A DNA stretch of 64,000 nt. Source: Myxococcales bacterium. Lineage in GTDB: Bacteria > Myxococcota_A > Polyangia > JAAYKL01. The stretch covers positions 1,960 to 65,959 of the forward strand of contig JAAYKL010000053.1 in NCBI GenBank assembly GCA_012522445.1. The letters run 5' to 3'. This document shows, one piece after another, positions 27,280 through 36,322 of the stretch; positions within the stretch are counted from its first letter, which is position 1, and each line of letters begins with the position of its first letter. The notes under the pieces were generated by a model that worked only from the letters and a program-made list of their open reading frames with translations, was not told the origin of the DNA and did no database searches. The position numbers and the translations under genes were made by a program.

Positions 27280-29658
27280 TTACTTGCCGTTGACGAGCAC
27301 GTAGAAGTCGCTGACCTTCAGGCCCGCACCGCCGTTCATGATTTCAAACCCCGCCTGCACGCTCTGCAGGTACATGTTGTTGGTGAGGTCGGAGGTGTTT
27401 TTCACCGCATCATTGATGAAATCTTTCAGGTCAAAATTCATGGAGTTGGTGTAAGTGGCGCGCAGATAAGAAATCACGGGCTTGCTCCCGTTGTTACCCA
27501 CAAATCGATAGAAGAGCTGTCCATTGACGGTCACCGTGCCGTGCGGACATGAGTCGACGCCCGCAGGCGCCTGATTCCTACACTCATAGCTGGGGGAAAG
27601 GGGATTGAAACCATCGCGGCGATCCAGCCAAACCATCAAGAAGACATCGGGTTCACCGGTCGTGAAATTGCTGTTGTGGGTGAAATAGACGTCGTAGGTG
27701 CTGACGAGTTTGCCCGAAGCAGACAGGGAGTTGGTGCTGAAGCCCGTGCAGAGCTCGTTGATGGCGGAGACTTGGATGGGCATCTGGCTGTTTGGCGTGC
27801 CCGTTCCGTCGCCCTGGGCCTTGCCGCGGTACACCGACGGATAGGTTTGCACACCACTGCCGCTGGCATCTTGTCTGTTCATCGTAAAGACATTGCCGCT
27901 GCCGCCGATGGTCATTTGCTGCGACCCGTCAGAGGCATTCGGACCCCAGGCATTGGTTTGGACTCGGTAGCCCGTACCGCCAATGGTGATGTCGTAGGAC
28001 TTAAATCGGTCGGTGACATTCGTATAGGTTTGGCCGGTAATCGTGCCGCCGCTCACGCCACAGGTGGTGGGGGAGCCCGTGTCCTGGCCCGAGCCAGCGT
28101 TGGTGGTGATGCCCTGCAGACAGAAATTGTAACTTTGGGCGGCTGCGGCGCCCGGCACCTGCACCATGAGCTGCGCGATGGCTTCGCCCTTGTAATAGGC
28201 ACCCTGGTTGTTCCAGCACTCGGTGTTGAAGTCGGACCATAGGATGGTCGTGTTGGTGGAACCCACCGGGGCGCACCAGCGGGTGTTGCCGTCCGCAGTT
28301 TGAATTTGTACGCGCAGTGGCGGGTTGTTGCTGCTCACCTTCACCGTGATGCCCGTAGACGTAGGCACAACGGAGTTGACCGGTGTATCGGCGCCGGCGT
28401 TTTGGTTGAGGTTGATGCCCAGCAGCGCCGAATAGTCGGTTCCCGCTGCCACGCTGCCGTTGATGCACAGATCGTCGCCAGCTTTCACAGCTTCGAAGTT
28501 GGCCGGAGTGATGGTCGTGTTGTCGCCCACACCCGCAGTCCAGGCATAGCCGTGGAATTCGCCGAACTCTACAAAGCCGCCCGCCACGACATTGAAACCC
28601 TCTACCGGGGTGGAAGGATTGCCGGTATCGACGGTGCCGGTCTCGGTGTCAACGGGGCTGCCCGTGTCAATGGTGCCCGTATCGACGGGGCCGCCGCCCT
28701 CCGGGTAAATTTCGTTTAGGCAGAAATTAAAGGAAACCTTGCTCGCCTCGTCGCCGGGGACGAGCAGCATGACCTGCGTAATGGGGGTGATGCCGTCGTA
28801 GGCCGCGCCCGTGGTTTCCCAGCACTCGGTGCGCATCTCGCTCCAGGCAACCGAGTTGGCGCCGTTGTTGATGGCGACGCAGTAGTCTTTTCCGCCCGCC
28901 GTGACTTGCAACCGAATGGTGGAACCGCCGCTGTTGGAGATGTTTACATAGATGCCCGTCTCAGCACCCGGCGTCCAGGTGAGCGTCGGCGGGTTGTCGC
29001 CTTCGGCCTGGTTGACATTTAGGCCCAAAATACCCACGGAGCTATAGCTTTGCGCCAAAGAGCCATTGACACAGAGCTTGTCCTCCAGGCCCGTTACCTG
29101 CGAAAAATCATTCGGCGTAATGGTGGCGCCTGTCACTTCGCCGCTGCTGGTCCAGGCATACCCCTTCCAGTCACCGGCGTATACATAACCACCGCGCTTC
29201 ACGTCGAACATCCCCACGCGGGGCCCCGTGTCGCCGGAATCGTTATTGTTGTTATTATTCGTATTGTTGTTGTTACCGGTGTCATTGCCGGTGTTGTTGT
29301 TATTGTTGGTAGTATTATTGCCGGTATCGTTTCCAGTGTTGTTCCCGGTATCGTTTCCCGTGTTGTCCCCGGTGTTATTCCCCGTGTTGTCTCCGGTGTT
29401 ATTCCCGGTGTTATTCCCCGTGTTGTTCCCGGTATTGTTGACAGTGTTGTTTCCGGTGTTGTCCCAGGGGCTGTCGAGATTGTTGTTGTTGTTGTTGTTG
29501 TCGTAATTTGCGTCGTTGTAATTGTTGGTGCCGTCGGTGTTGTTGCCCGGAGATAAGGGGCGAAATGACTCGTTGTCATCGACGCAGGCCACGCCGAACA
29601 GGAGGCCTAGAGCCAACAAGGAGACCTGTAAAATTTTTCCTTTTTTGGTGCGCAACAT
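27280..29658 (-). CDS. Multidomain lipoprotein: Asn-rich linker, two copies of a ~165-aa beta-rich (CBM-like) module, C-terminal glycoside hydrolase family 12 domain
   Basis: Lipobox LLFGVAC (start MLRTKKGK, ATG 29656-29658). The C-terminus aligns by eye with GH12 enzymes: YRVQTNAWG, STYDVYF, FLMVWL, FDLKDFINDAV, VQAGFEIMNGGAGLKVSDF. Confidence 0.85.
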   Translation of the reverse strand: MLRTKKGKILQVSLLALGLLFGVACVDDNESFRPLSPGNNTDGTNNYNDANYDNNNNNNNLDSPWDNTGNNTVNNTGNNTGNNTGNNTGDNTGNNTGDNTGNDTGNNTGNDTGNNTTNNNNNTGNDTGNNNNTNNNNNNDSGDTGPRVGMFDVKRGGYVYAGDWKGYAWTSSGEVTGATITPNDFSQVTGLEDKLCVNGSLAQSYSSVGILGLNVNQAEGDNPPTLTWTPGAETGIYVNISNSGGSTIRLQVTAGGKDYCVAINNGANSVAWSEMRTECWETTGAAYDGITPITQVMLLVPGDEASKVSFNFCLNEIYPEGGGPVDTGTIDTGSPVDTETGTVDTGNPSTPVEGFNVVAGGFVEFGEFHGYAWTAGVGDNTTITPANFEAVKAGDDLCINGSVAAGTDYSALLGINLNQNAGADTPVNSVVPTSTGITVKVSSNNPPLRVQIQTADGNTRWCAPVGSTNTTILWSDFNTECWNNQGAYYKGEAIAQLMVQVPGAAAAQSYNFCLQGITTNAGSGQDTGSPTTCGVSGGTITGQTYTNVTDRFKSYDITIGGTGYRVQTNAWGPNASDGSQQMTIGGSGNVFTMNRQDASGSGVQTYPSVYRGKAQGDGTGTPNSQMPIQVSAINELCTGFSTNSLSASGKLVSTYDVYFTHNSNFTTGEPDVFLMVWLDRRDGFNPLSPSYECRNQAPAGVDSCPHGTVTVNGQLFYRFVGNNGSKPVISYLRATYTNSMNFDLKDFINDAVKNTSDLTNNMYLQSVQAGFEIMNGGAGLKVSDFYVLVNGK
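29215..29560 (-). repeat. Coding low-complexity/tandem repeat region (NNTG/DNTG/NDTG tetrapeptide array, poly-Asn)
   Basis: Protein reads DNTGNNTVNNTGNNTGNNTGNNTGDNTGNNTGDNTGNDTGNNTGNDTGNNTTNNNNNTGNDTGNNNNTNNNNNND. The DNA shows reiterated ggtgttattccc / ggtgttgttccc 12-mers. Confidence 0.9.
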
Positions 29659-29893
29659 GATCGTCCTTTCTGCTGGCGTTTTATGAAACAAGACCAGCAA
29701 TATAATTTACAACCTAAATGTAATTCGCTTCATTGCTGGCGTTGTGTCCAAATCCGCTACAAGACATGTTCATTTTGCGCAGGATCACCAAAGAACATCC
29801 CTGTCCTCTTGTAACAATCAAGTCTGGCTGGAGAAGCGCCTGCACACGGCCATTTCGCAGGCAGCGGCGTGAAACGCGCGGCGGGGGTGTTAC

Positions 29894-31828
29894 CTACAAT
29901 CGGGCGTCGAGATATGCCAGCAGTTGGGCCGCGGCCTCGGCCGGGGAGGCGCCATCGGTGCGCAGCCATACGTCTGGTTTGACCGGTGCCTCGTAATCCG
30001 CGGAGACGCCCGTAAAGTTGGGGATCTCGCCCTTGTCGGCCTTCTCGTAAAGCCCCGAGGCGTCGCGTCGGCGGCACTCTTCGATTGGGCAATCGACAAA
30101 CACCTCGCAAAACGCATCCCTTGGCGCCAAGCGGCGGGCAAAGTCGCGCATCTCCTGCCTGGGCGACACCAGCGAACACACGACGACATGACCGGTGCTG
30201 GCGAGCAGACGCGCCATCTGGGCGATGCGGCGCACGTTTTCGCGGCGGTCCTTTTCGGAGAAGCCGAGATCCCCGGACAGACCGTGTCGCAGTACGTCGC
30301 CGTCCAGGTGGATCACGCGGCGCCCCGCGGCGAATAGCTGTTGCGTCACCTCTCGGGCGATGGTGGTTTTGCCCGCGCGCACCAACCCGGTGAGCCAAAC
30401 GATGTAGCCCCGGTGTCCGCTCCGCTCCTCGTAAGCCTCCTGGGAGATCGCCGAAAATTCGCGGGTGACGTTGAGCGAGTGCGCCTGGGCCATGAAGTCT
30501 TCGCGCTCAGTGCCCGTGCGCGCCGTGGCATAGCGCACCATGCCGGCGGCCACGGTGAGGTTGGTGGCCGGGTCGATTAGGATAAACCCGCCGGTCTCCC
30601 GGTTGTTTTTGTAGGGATCCAAAAAGAGCGGCATGGCGGTCTCGATGACCACGCGGCCGATTTCGTTGAGCTCCAGCGTTTGGGCCTCGCGGCGGTGCAG
30701 CGTGTTGATGTCGATGGCGTAGCGCAATTCGCGCACATAGCCCTGCACCAGGCGCGTGGTGTGCTGCACGCGATAGGGGGTCGCCGTGTCCAGCTTCTTG
30801 GTGTCGTCGAACCAGCACAGGGTCGCCTCAAATTGGTTTTCGATGCGGGGCAGGTTGTTGACGCGCACGATCATCTCGCCGCGGCTGATGTCGATTTCGT
30901 CTTCAAGCGTCAGCGTCACGGAGTCGCCAGCGCGCGCCTCGGACAGGTTGCCGTCGAAGGTGACGATGTCTTTAATGCGCGACCTCTTGCGCGAGGGCAG
31001 CGCCATGATCTCTTCGCCGCGCCGAACGCCGCCCGAGGCGATGCGCCCTGAGAAGCCGCGAAATTCGTGGTTGGGGCGCAGCACGTATTGCACGGGAAAG
31101 CGAAAGTCGATGGTGTTGTGATCGGCGGAGACCACGACGTGTTCGAGGTGATGCATCACGGTGCTGCCCGCGTACCACGGCATGTTTTGCGAGGGTGTGA
31201 CCACGTTGTCGCCCAGCAAGGCGGAGATGGGCACGAACACCACGTCGGGGATGTCGAGCTTCTTGACGAACTGCGTAAACGCTTGCGAGATCTCCTGAAA
31301 CACGGCCTCGTCGTAATTCACCAGGTCCATCTTGTTGATGCACACCAAAACATGCGGAATGCCGAGCAGCGACGCGATAAATGCGTGCCGCCGCGACTGG
31401 GTGAGCACGCCGTGCCGCGCATCGATGAGGATGATGGCGAGGTTGGCCGTGGACGCGCCGGTGATCATGTTGCGCGTGTACTGCTCGTGCCCGGGGGTGT
31501 CGGCGATGATGAACTTGCGCTTGGGCGTGGCGAAGTAGCGATAGGCCACGTCGATGGTGATGCCCTGCTCTCGCTCGGAGCGCAGCCCGTCGGTTAACAG
31601 CGCCAGGTTCACGCCCTCTTCACCGCGCAGGCGACTCGATGTCTCCAGGGCTTCCATTTGGTCTTGAAAGATGGCCTTGGAGTCGTACAGCAAGCGCCCG
31701 ATTAACGTGCTCTTGCCGTCGTCGACGCTGCCCGCCGTGGTGAAGCGCAGCAGCTCTTTGTTTAGATAGGATTCAACGCTGTAGGATTCGGCTTCTGTGT
31801 AGCTCATGTCTCTCTCGTTTCGCGCCAA
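29894..31828 (-). CDS. cysNC: Bifunctional sulfate adenylyltransferase subunit 1 / adenylylsulfate kinase (CysN-CysC fusion)
   Basis: GTPase part (TAGSVDDGKSTLIGRLL, DTPGHEQY, NKMD) and C-terminal APS kinase part (GYIVWLTGLVRAGKTTIA). 644 aa. Confidence 0.93.
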   Translation of the reverse strand: MARNERDMSYTEAESYSVESYLNKELLRFTTAGSVDDGKSTLIGRLLYDSKAIFQDQMEALETSSRLRGEEGVNLALLTDGLRSEREQGITIDVAYRYFATPKRKFIIADTPGHEQYTRNMITGASTANLAIILIDARHGVLTQSRRHAFIASLLGIPHVLVCINKMDLVNYDEAVFQEISQAFTQFVKKLDIPDVVFVPISALLGDNVVTPSQNMPWYAGSTVMHHLEHVVVSADHNTIDFRFPVQYVLRPNHEFRGFSGRIASGGVRRGEEIMALPSRKRSRIKDIVTFDGNLSEARAGDSVTLTLEDEIDISRGEMIVRVNNLPRIENQFEATLCWFDDTKKLDTATPYRVQHTTRLVQGYVRELRYAIDINTLHRREAQTLELNEIGRVVIETAMPLFLDPYKNNRETGGFILIDPATNLTVAAGMVRYATARTGTEREDFMAQAHSLNVTREFSAISQEAYEERSGHRGYIVWLTGLVRAGKTTIAREVTQQLFAAGRRVIHLDGDVLRHGLSGDLGFSEKDRRENVRRIAQMARLLASTGHVVVCSLVSPRQEMRDFARRLAPRDAFCEVFVDCPIEECRRRDASGLYEKADKGEIPNFTGVSADYEAPVKPDVWLRTDGASPAEAAAQLLAYLDARL

Positions 31829-31834
31829 AAGGAT

Positions 31835-32725
31835 TCAGAAATAGCCCACTTTTTTGCGGTCTTCCATGGCCGCCTCGGTGCGCTTGTCGTCGCCGCGCGT
31901 GCCGCGTTCAGTGGTGCGGGTGCTGGCCACCTCCAAGATGATGTCGCGGATATTGGCCGCCGGGGATTCCACCGCGCCGGTGCACGTCATGTCGCCGATG
32001 GTGCGAAAGCGAACCGTGCGCTCCTGCACCTCTTCGTGCGGGTGACGCTCCATGACATCGCTGGCGGCGTACAAAATGCCGTCGCGTTCAAAGACCGCCC
32101 GCTGGTGGCTGAAATAGAGCGCAGGCATGGGGATTTTTTCGAGTTCGATGTACTGCCACACGTCGAGCTCGGTCCAGTTGCTGATGGGGAAAACGCGGAA
32201 ATGCTCGCCCTTTTTCTTTTGGCCGTTGAACAAATTCCACAATTCGGAGCGCTGATTTTTGGGGTCCCATTGCCCAAAGGCGCTGCGGAATGAAAAGAAC
32301 CGCTCCTTGGCCCGCGCCTTCTCCTCGTCGCGGCGCGCACCGCCCAAGGCTGCATCGAATTGAAACTCCGCGATGGCGTCGAGCAGCGTGATCGTTTGCA
32401 GTCCGTTGCGGCTGGCGCCGATGCCGGTTTCGTCGACGCAGCGCCCCTTGTCGATGGACTCTTGCACCGTGCGCACGATTAAGTTGGCGCCGATCTCTTT
32501 CAGGTATTGGTCGCGATACGCGATGGTCTCCGGAAAGTTGTGTCCCGTGTCGATGTGCATGAGCGGAAAGGGGATGTTGCCCGGATAAAACGCCTTGCGC
32601 GCCAGGTGGGCCATGCAGATGGAATCCTTGCCGCCCGAAAAGAGCATCATGGGGCGCTCGGCTTGGGCAGCGGCCTCCCGGATGACAAAAATGGCCTCTG
32701 ATTCTAACTGTTTGAGATGACTCAT
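31835..32725 (-). CDS. cysD: Sulfate adenylyltransferase subunit 2
   Basis: LKQLESEAIFVIREAAAQ..MLFSGGKDS PP-loop and full-length CysD-like sequence. Lies 6 nt upstream of cysNC. Confidence 0.95.
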   Translation of the reverse strand: MSHLKQLESEAIFVIREAAAQAERPMMLFSGGKDSICMAHLARKAFYPGNIPFPLMHIDTGHNFPETIAYRDQYLKEIGANLIVRTVQESIDKGRCVDETGIGASRNGLQTITLLDAIAEFQFDAALGGARRDEEKARAKERFFSFRSAFGQWDPKNQRSELWNLFNGQKKKGEHFRVFPISNWTELDVWQYIELEKIPMPALYFSHQRAVFERDGILYAASDVMERHPHEEVQERTVRFRTIGDMTCTGAVESPAANIRDIILEVASTRTTERGTRGDDKRTEAAMEDRKKVGYF

Positions 32726-32912
32726 GGGGTTGCCTCACTTCTTTTTCCGGAGACGGTGGTGGCGCAGAACCGCAACTGAGGATTCGCAGCGCTCCGCCCC
32801 ACGTCAAACACGCAACGCGCATGTCCCATGCCGGATAACATGAACGGCTGTGCAGTACAAAATATTGGCATTGCGGCCCGGAGCGCACCCCGGCGATGTG
32901 GCGGGCGCGGGC

Positions 32913-33548
32913 TTAGTCTTTGAGCTCTTCGGAGATGTAGGAGAGGATGACGTCGTCGAGGGATTTGTCGCTCAGCATCGCATCGCCGTACTGCCCGTTT
33001 TCGTCGGGCATGTCGAAGATGGATTTGGCCCGCGTTGGGGGCGCATCGACAATGTGGTGGATGGACGATACGGCGCTGTCATCGAGAGAAGCCGGCGCCA
33101 CAGCGATGGCGGACTCTCGGGGCGATGCATCCGCGGGTGCCTCCGACGCAGACGCATCGTCATCGGTGGGCGCGGACGCTTTGGCATCTTCCGGGGCAGC
33201 GGGCGTTGTTGCGGCGTTGTCCTTGGGTGTGCGGTAAGTGCGCTCCAGGGTTTTTCCCAGCACCTTCTCAGCCACTTCATCGTGCGCACCGTCGCGCAAT
33301 TCGACGAACATGGACTTGTGCTGGTCCTTCATGAGCTGGCGGACAATGTCTTCCCAATGGGCGTCATTGAGGTGCTCTTTATAGGACGTTTTTTTAGAGG
33401 CGAGGATGGTGCCCTCGGTGAACAGATGCGTGATAATGTGGGGATGATCGCGGCCCGAATCTTCGGTTTGAATGTGAAACAAGTGTCCGCCGTGGCGCAC
33501 GTTTGTATTGTAACCCAACAGTGGTGAATTGTTCGCTCTGGTTGCCAT
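32913..33548 (-). CDS. Hypothetical protein (conserved-looking N-terminal ~100 aa, acidic disordered C-terminus)
   Basis: 211-aa ORF. N-terminus reads LLGYNTNVRHGGHLFHIQTEDSGRDHPHIITHLFTEGTILASKK. No family recognised with confidence. Confidence 0.6.
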   Translation of the reverse strand: MATRANNSPLLGYNTNVRHGGHLFHIQTEDSGRDHPHIITHLFTEGTILASKKTSYKEHLNDAHWEDIVRQLMKDQHKSMFVELRDGAHDEVAEKVLGKTLERTYRTPKDNAATTPAAPEDAKASAPTDDDASASEAPADASPRESAIAVAPASLDDSAVSSIHHIVDAPPTRAKSIFDMPDENGQYGDAMLSDKSLDDVILSYISEELKD

Positions 33549-33661
33549 GGCTTTCTTTCGCTAAAATGAATAACACATTATCAAACAGCATGACCAGACT
33601 TCTTTAAACGTGTTATTCTGTCCCGCAAAAATCGCAACGAGCCGCATTTTGTAAGGAGATT

Positions 33662-36127
33662 TTGTTGAGCGCGAACCATCACAGACCGACCATCGCACTG
33701 CTCGTCGACCGCCTCGAAGATTACTACCAAAACACAATTTTGTGGACGGTGGACGAAATCACCGCAGAACATGGCTACAATCTGTTGTGCTTCCTCGGCG
33801 GCGTCCTGGACAGCCCCGATCGATTTGCCCGCGAACGCAACGTCATCTTTGATCTCATCAACAAACAAAACGCCGATGGCGTGCTCGTCCTCTCTGGCAC
33901 CATCGGAAATGAGGTCGGCTCCGAAGTGCTCGCCGAGTTTTGCGAGCGCTACAAAGGCATTCCCATCTCCAGTATCGCCGTCGATCTCAAAGACATCCCC
34001 AGCGTCACCACCGACAACCGCACCGGCATGCGCGAAGCCGTCCGCCACCTCATCCGGGCTCACGACAGGCGGCGCATCGCCTTTATCCGCGGCCCCGCTA
34101 CCAACGATGACGCCCAAGAGCGATACGACGTTTATCTCGAAGAGCTGGCGCAACACGGCATTGCTCCCAATCCCGCCCTGGTCGCAGATGGCGAGTGGGA
34201 ACCCCAGCTTGCGCGACAAGCCGTCGACACTTTTTTGCAGCACGGCAACTTCGACGCCATCATCTCTGCCAGCGACGCCATGGCTGTGGCGGCCATCGAG
34301 CGCCTCACCGAGCTCGGGCACCGCGTGCCCCAGGATGTCGCCGTGGTCAGCTTCGACGACGACGAAGAGGCCCGCCTGTGCGTACCGCCGCTCACCACGG
34401 TGCGCCAACCCCTCACCGAGCAAGTCCGCCGCGCCACGCAACTCCTCATCGATCAAATCGAAGGCAGGCCCGTCAGCGACTGCGAAACCGTGCACACCGA
34501 GTTGGTCCTGCGCCAGTCTTGCGGTTGCCCCGACACGCAAGTCATCATCGACGACGCCCACAAAGAACACCTCATTGAAGAGTTGACGCAGGCCGAGCGC
34601 TCCCAGGCCCGACAACGCCTCCAAGCCGAGCAGTGGGCCCGCATGCTCAGCGACACCGGCGAGGCCTTGCTCACGGGGTTTGACACCGCCTCCTTGGCCC
34701 AGGCCCTGCTGCGCCAATTGCCCGGACTCTCCATCCGCAGTTGCTTCTTGTGCCTCTACGAAATCCCAGAGGCCTCACCGAAAATGCCGCCAGCGCGCGC
34801 CAAGTTGATGCTGGCCAGCCGCGACAACATCGAGCTCGAAATCCCCAACAACCAACAGTTCTTCGATGCCTGCAACCTGCTGCCCGAGGGCTTCTTTCCG
34901 GACCGGCGTTGTTCGCTAATCGTATTGCCCCTCTTCTTCGAACAACAGCAAATGGGCTACGCGATGTTCGAACCCGGCCCCAAAGTGGGCAACATCTACG
35001 AAGCGTTGCGCGACCAAATCAGTGCGGCATTGCAAGGCGCCAACCTCATTAAACGCGTCGTACAAACCGAGGAAGAACGCCGCGGCTTGGTGCAATACAT
35101 TTTGGACGTCACACCAACGATGCACCGCTTGCAGCCCTTACAAGCCACCGCCGAAAGCATTGTCGAGCAACTGCTGCACGTCCTGGTCGACCAACGAGAT
35201 GACGACCAGTACGACGCCAAGGCGGTCGATGCCTTTTTGGCGATTCACGACGATGAGACCGACCTCACCCTCGTAACGACCTGTGGGCGTTTCAAAGGCA
35301 AAGAACACCTCGACAACTCCCCAGCCGATGCGCTCTTGGCCCAACGCATCCAGCGGGTCATGCAGCACGGGCAGATCTGCGAAGAGAACCACGAAGTCAT
35401 CATCCCGTTGCGCGTCAGCGACGTGCCCCTGGGCGTCATCTATGTCTCGGGGCAGTGCGTCTCCATCTTGCAGCCCGACCTCATCACCTTGCTCACCAAC
35501 CAAGCCACGGTGGCGCTGCAAAACATCCGCCTCTACGAGATGGCCACCCTCGATCCGCTAACCGGCGTCCACGCGCGGCGTTACTTCGATCGCTGGTTGC
35601 TGCGAGAAGTGCGCGCCGCATTTCGCGCCCAATTGCCCATCTCTTTCCTGATGATGGATCTCGACAAATTCAAAGACTTCAACGACCACGGCGGGCACCT
35701 CATCGGCGATGCGGCCCTCACCACCATGGGACGTATTCTGCGCAAGGCCATCCGCACCGAAGACATCGTGGGGCGCTACGGCGGCGACGAATTTGGCATC
35801 GTATTGCCCAACACCCACGCGAACGGCGCCGAGCTCCTCGCGCAGCGCATCCAAGGCTTGCTCGAAGAAGAGCCCGGCTTTGGCCCCAACGGCGCTTTTC
35901 GCTTGCGCGCCAGCATCGGCATCGCCACCCTCGTCCCGCCCCAGATGGGCGCCGAGCAATTGCGCCGCAGCTTCGCACGCCATTACTTCGCCGCGGTGGT
36001 CAACGCGCTCATTCAGAACGCCGACGAGAAACTCTACCAATCCAAAAGAGCCGGACGCAACCGCTACACCAGCGGCGAGTCGCTGACATGGCCCCTCCCC
36101 AGCCAAACCATCGACGACGACCTCTAA
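33662..36127 (+). CDS. Diguanylate cyclase with LacI-type (PBP1) sugar-binding sensor domain and GAF domain
   Basis: N-terminal ~290 aa look like a LacI/PurR effector domain without the HTH (IALLVD.., VTTDNRTGMREAVRHLIRAHDRRRIAFIRGP, DAIISASDAMAVAAIERLTELGHRVPQDVAVVSFDD, PPLTTVRQP). The C-terminus carries the GGDEF motif RYGGDEFGI with an RxxD I-site (RTED) five residues upstream. Confidence 0.88.
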   Translation: MLSANHHRPTIALLVDRLEDYYQNTILWTVDEITAEHGYNLLCFLGGVLDSPDRFARERNVIFDLINKQNADGVLVLSGTIGNEVGSEVLAEFCERYKGIPISSIAVDLKDIPSVTTDNRTGMREAVRHLIRAHDRRRIAFIRGPATNDDAQERYDVYLEELAQHGIAPNPALVADGEWEPQLARQAVDTFLQHGNFDAIISASDAMAVAAIERLTELGHRVPQDVAVVSFDDDEEARLCVPPLTTVRQPLTEQVRRATQLLIDQIEGRPVSDCETVHTELVLRQSCGCPDTQVIIDDAHKEHLIEELTQAERSQARQRLQAEQWARMLSDTGEALLTGFDTASLAQALLRQLPGLSIRSCFLCLYEIPEASPKMPPARAKLMLASRDNIELEIPNNQQFFDACNLLPEGFFPDRRCSLIVLPLFFEQQQMGYAMFEPGPKVGNIYEALRDQISAALQGANLIKRVVQTEEERRGLVQYILDVTPTMHRLQPLQATAESIVEQLLHVLVDQRDDDQYDAKAVDAFLAIHDDETDLTLVTTCGRFKGKEHLDNSPADALLAQRIQRVMQHGQICEENHEVIIPLRVSDVPLGVIYVSGQCVSILQPDLITLLTNQATVALQNIRLYEMATLDPLTGVHARRYFDRWLLREVRAAFRAQLPISFLMMDLDKFKDFNDHGGHLIGDAALTTMGRILRKAIRTEDIVGRYGGDEFGIVLPNTHANGAELLAQRIQGLLEEEPGFGPNGAFRLRASIGIATLVPPQMGAEQLRRSFARHYFAAVVNALIQNADEKLYQSKRAGRNRYTSGESLTWPLPSQTIDDDL

Positions 36128-36322
36128 AGCCACGCCGGCGCCTCGTTCCGTCCGCCACATACATTTCTGCTCTATCTACCTGACCTTTTTGCCCAAAGGC
36201 GTTTGCAGGCTACCCAGCACCGGCTTCGCCATGCACAATGCTGTTCGGCGCAAGGCAACGCATTGCGAAAACGCAACACGCGAGCGCGACACCAACCACA
36301 AACCCGTTGCGAGGAGAAGAAC

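Noticed and set aside
29228-29556. Plus-strand ORFs (92 aa LLLLPVS.. and 168 aa) opposite the Asn-rich repeat
   Set aside because: They are antisense readings of the 12-bp repeat array inside the GH12 lipoprotein gene.
33581-34717. 378-aa minus-strand ORF overlapping the start of the diguanylate cyclase gene
   Set aside because: It is antisense to the clearly LacI-like sensor domain, has no recognisable domain, and shows GC-rich shadow ORF composition.
36203-36322. Upstream 40-codon extension of the GH94 ORF, and similar extensions for recA (60265-60342), comM (61832-62200), the CE2-like esterase (47156-47299), the CpoB-like gene (3688-3882) and the YjgN-like gene (43000-43185)
   Set aside because: The family-typical N-termini or signal peptides begin at internal ATGs, several with good RBS. 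The extensions are Arg/Cys/His-rich and overlap promoters or neighbouring genes.
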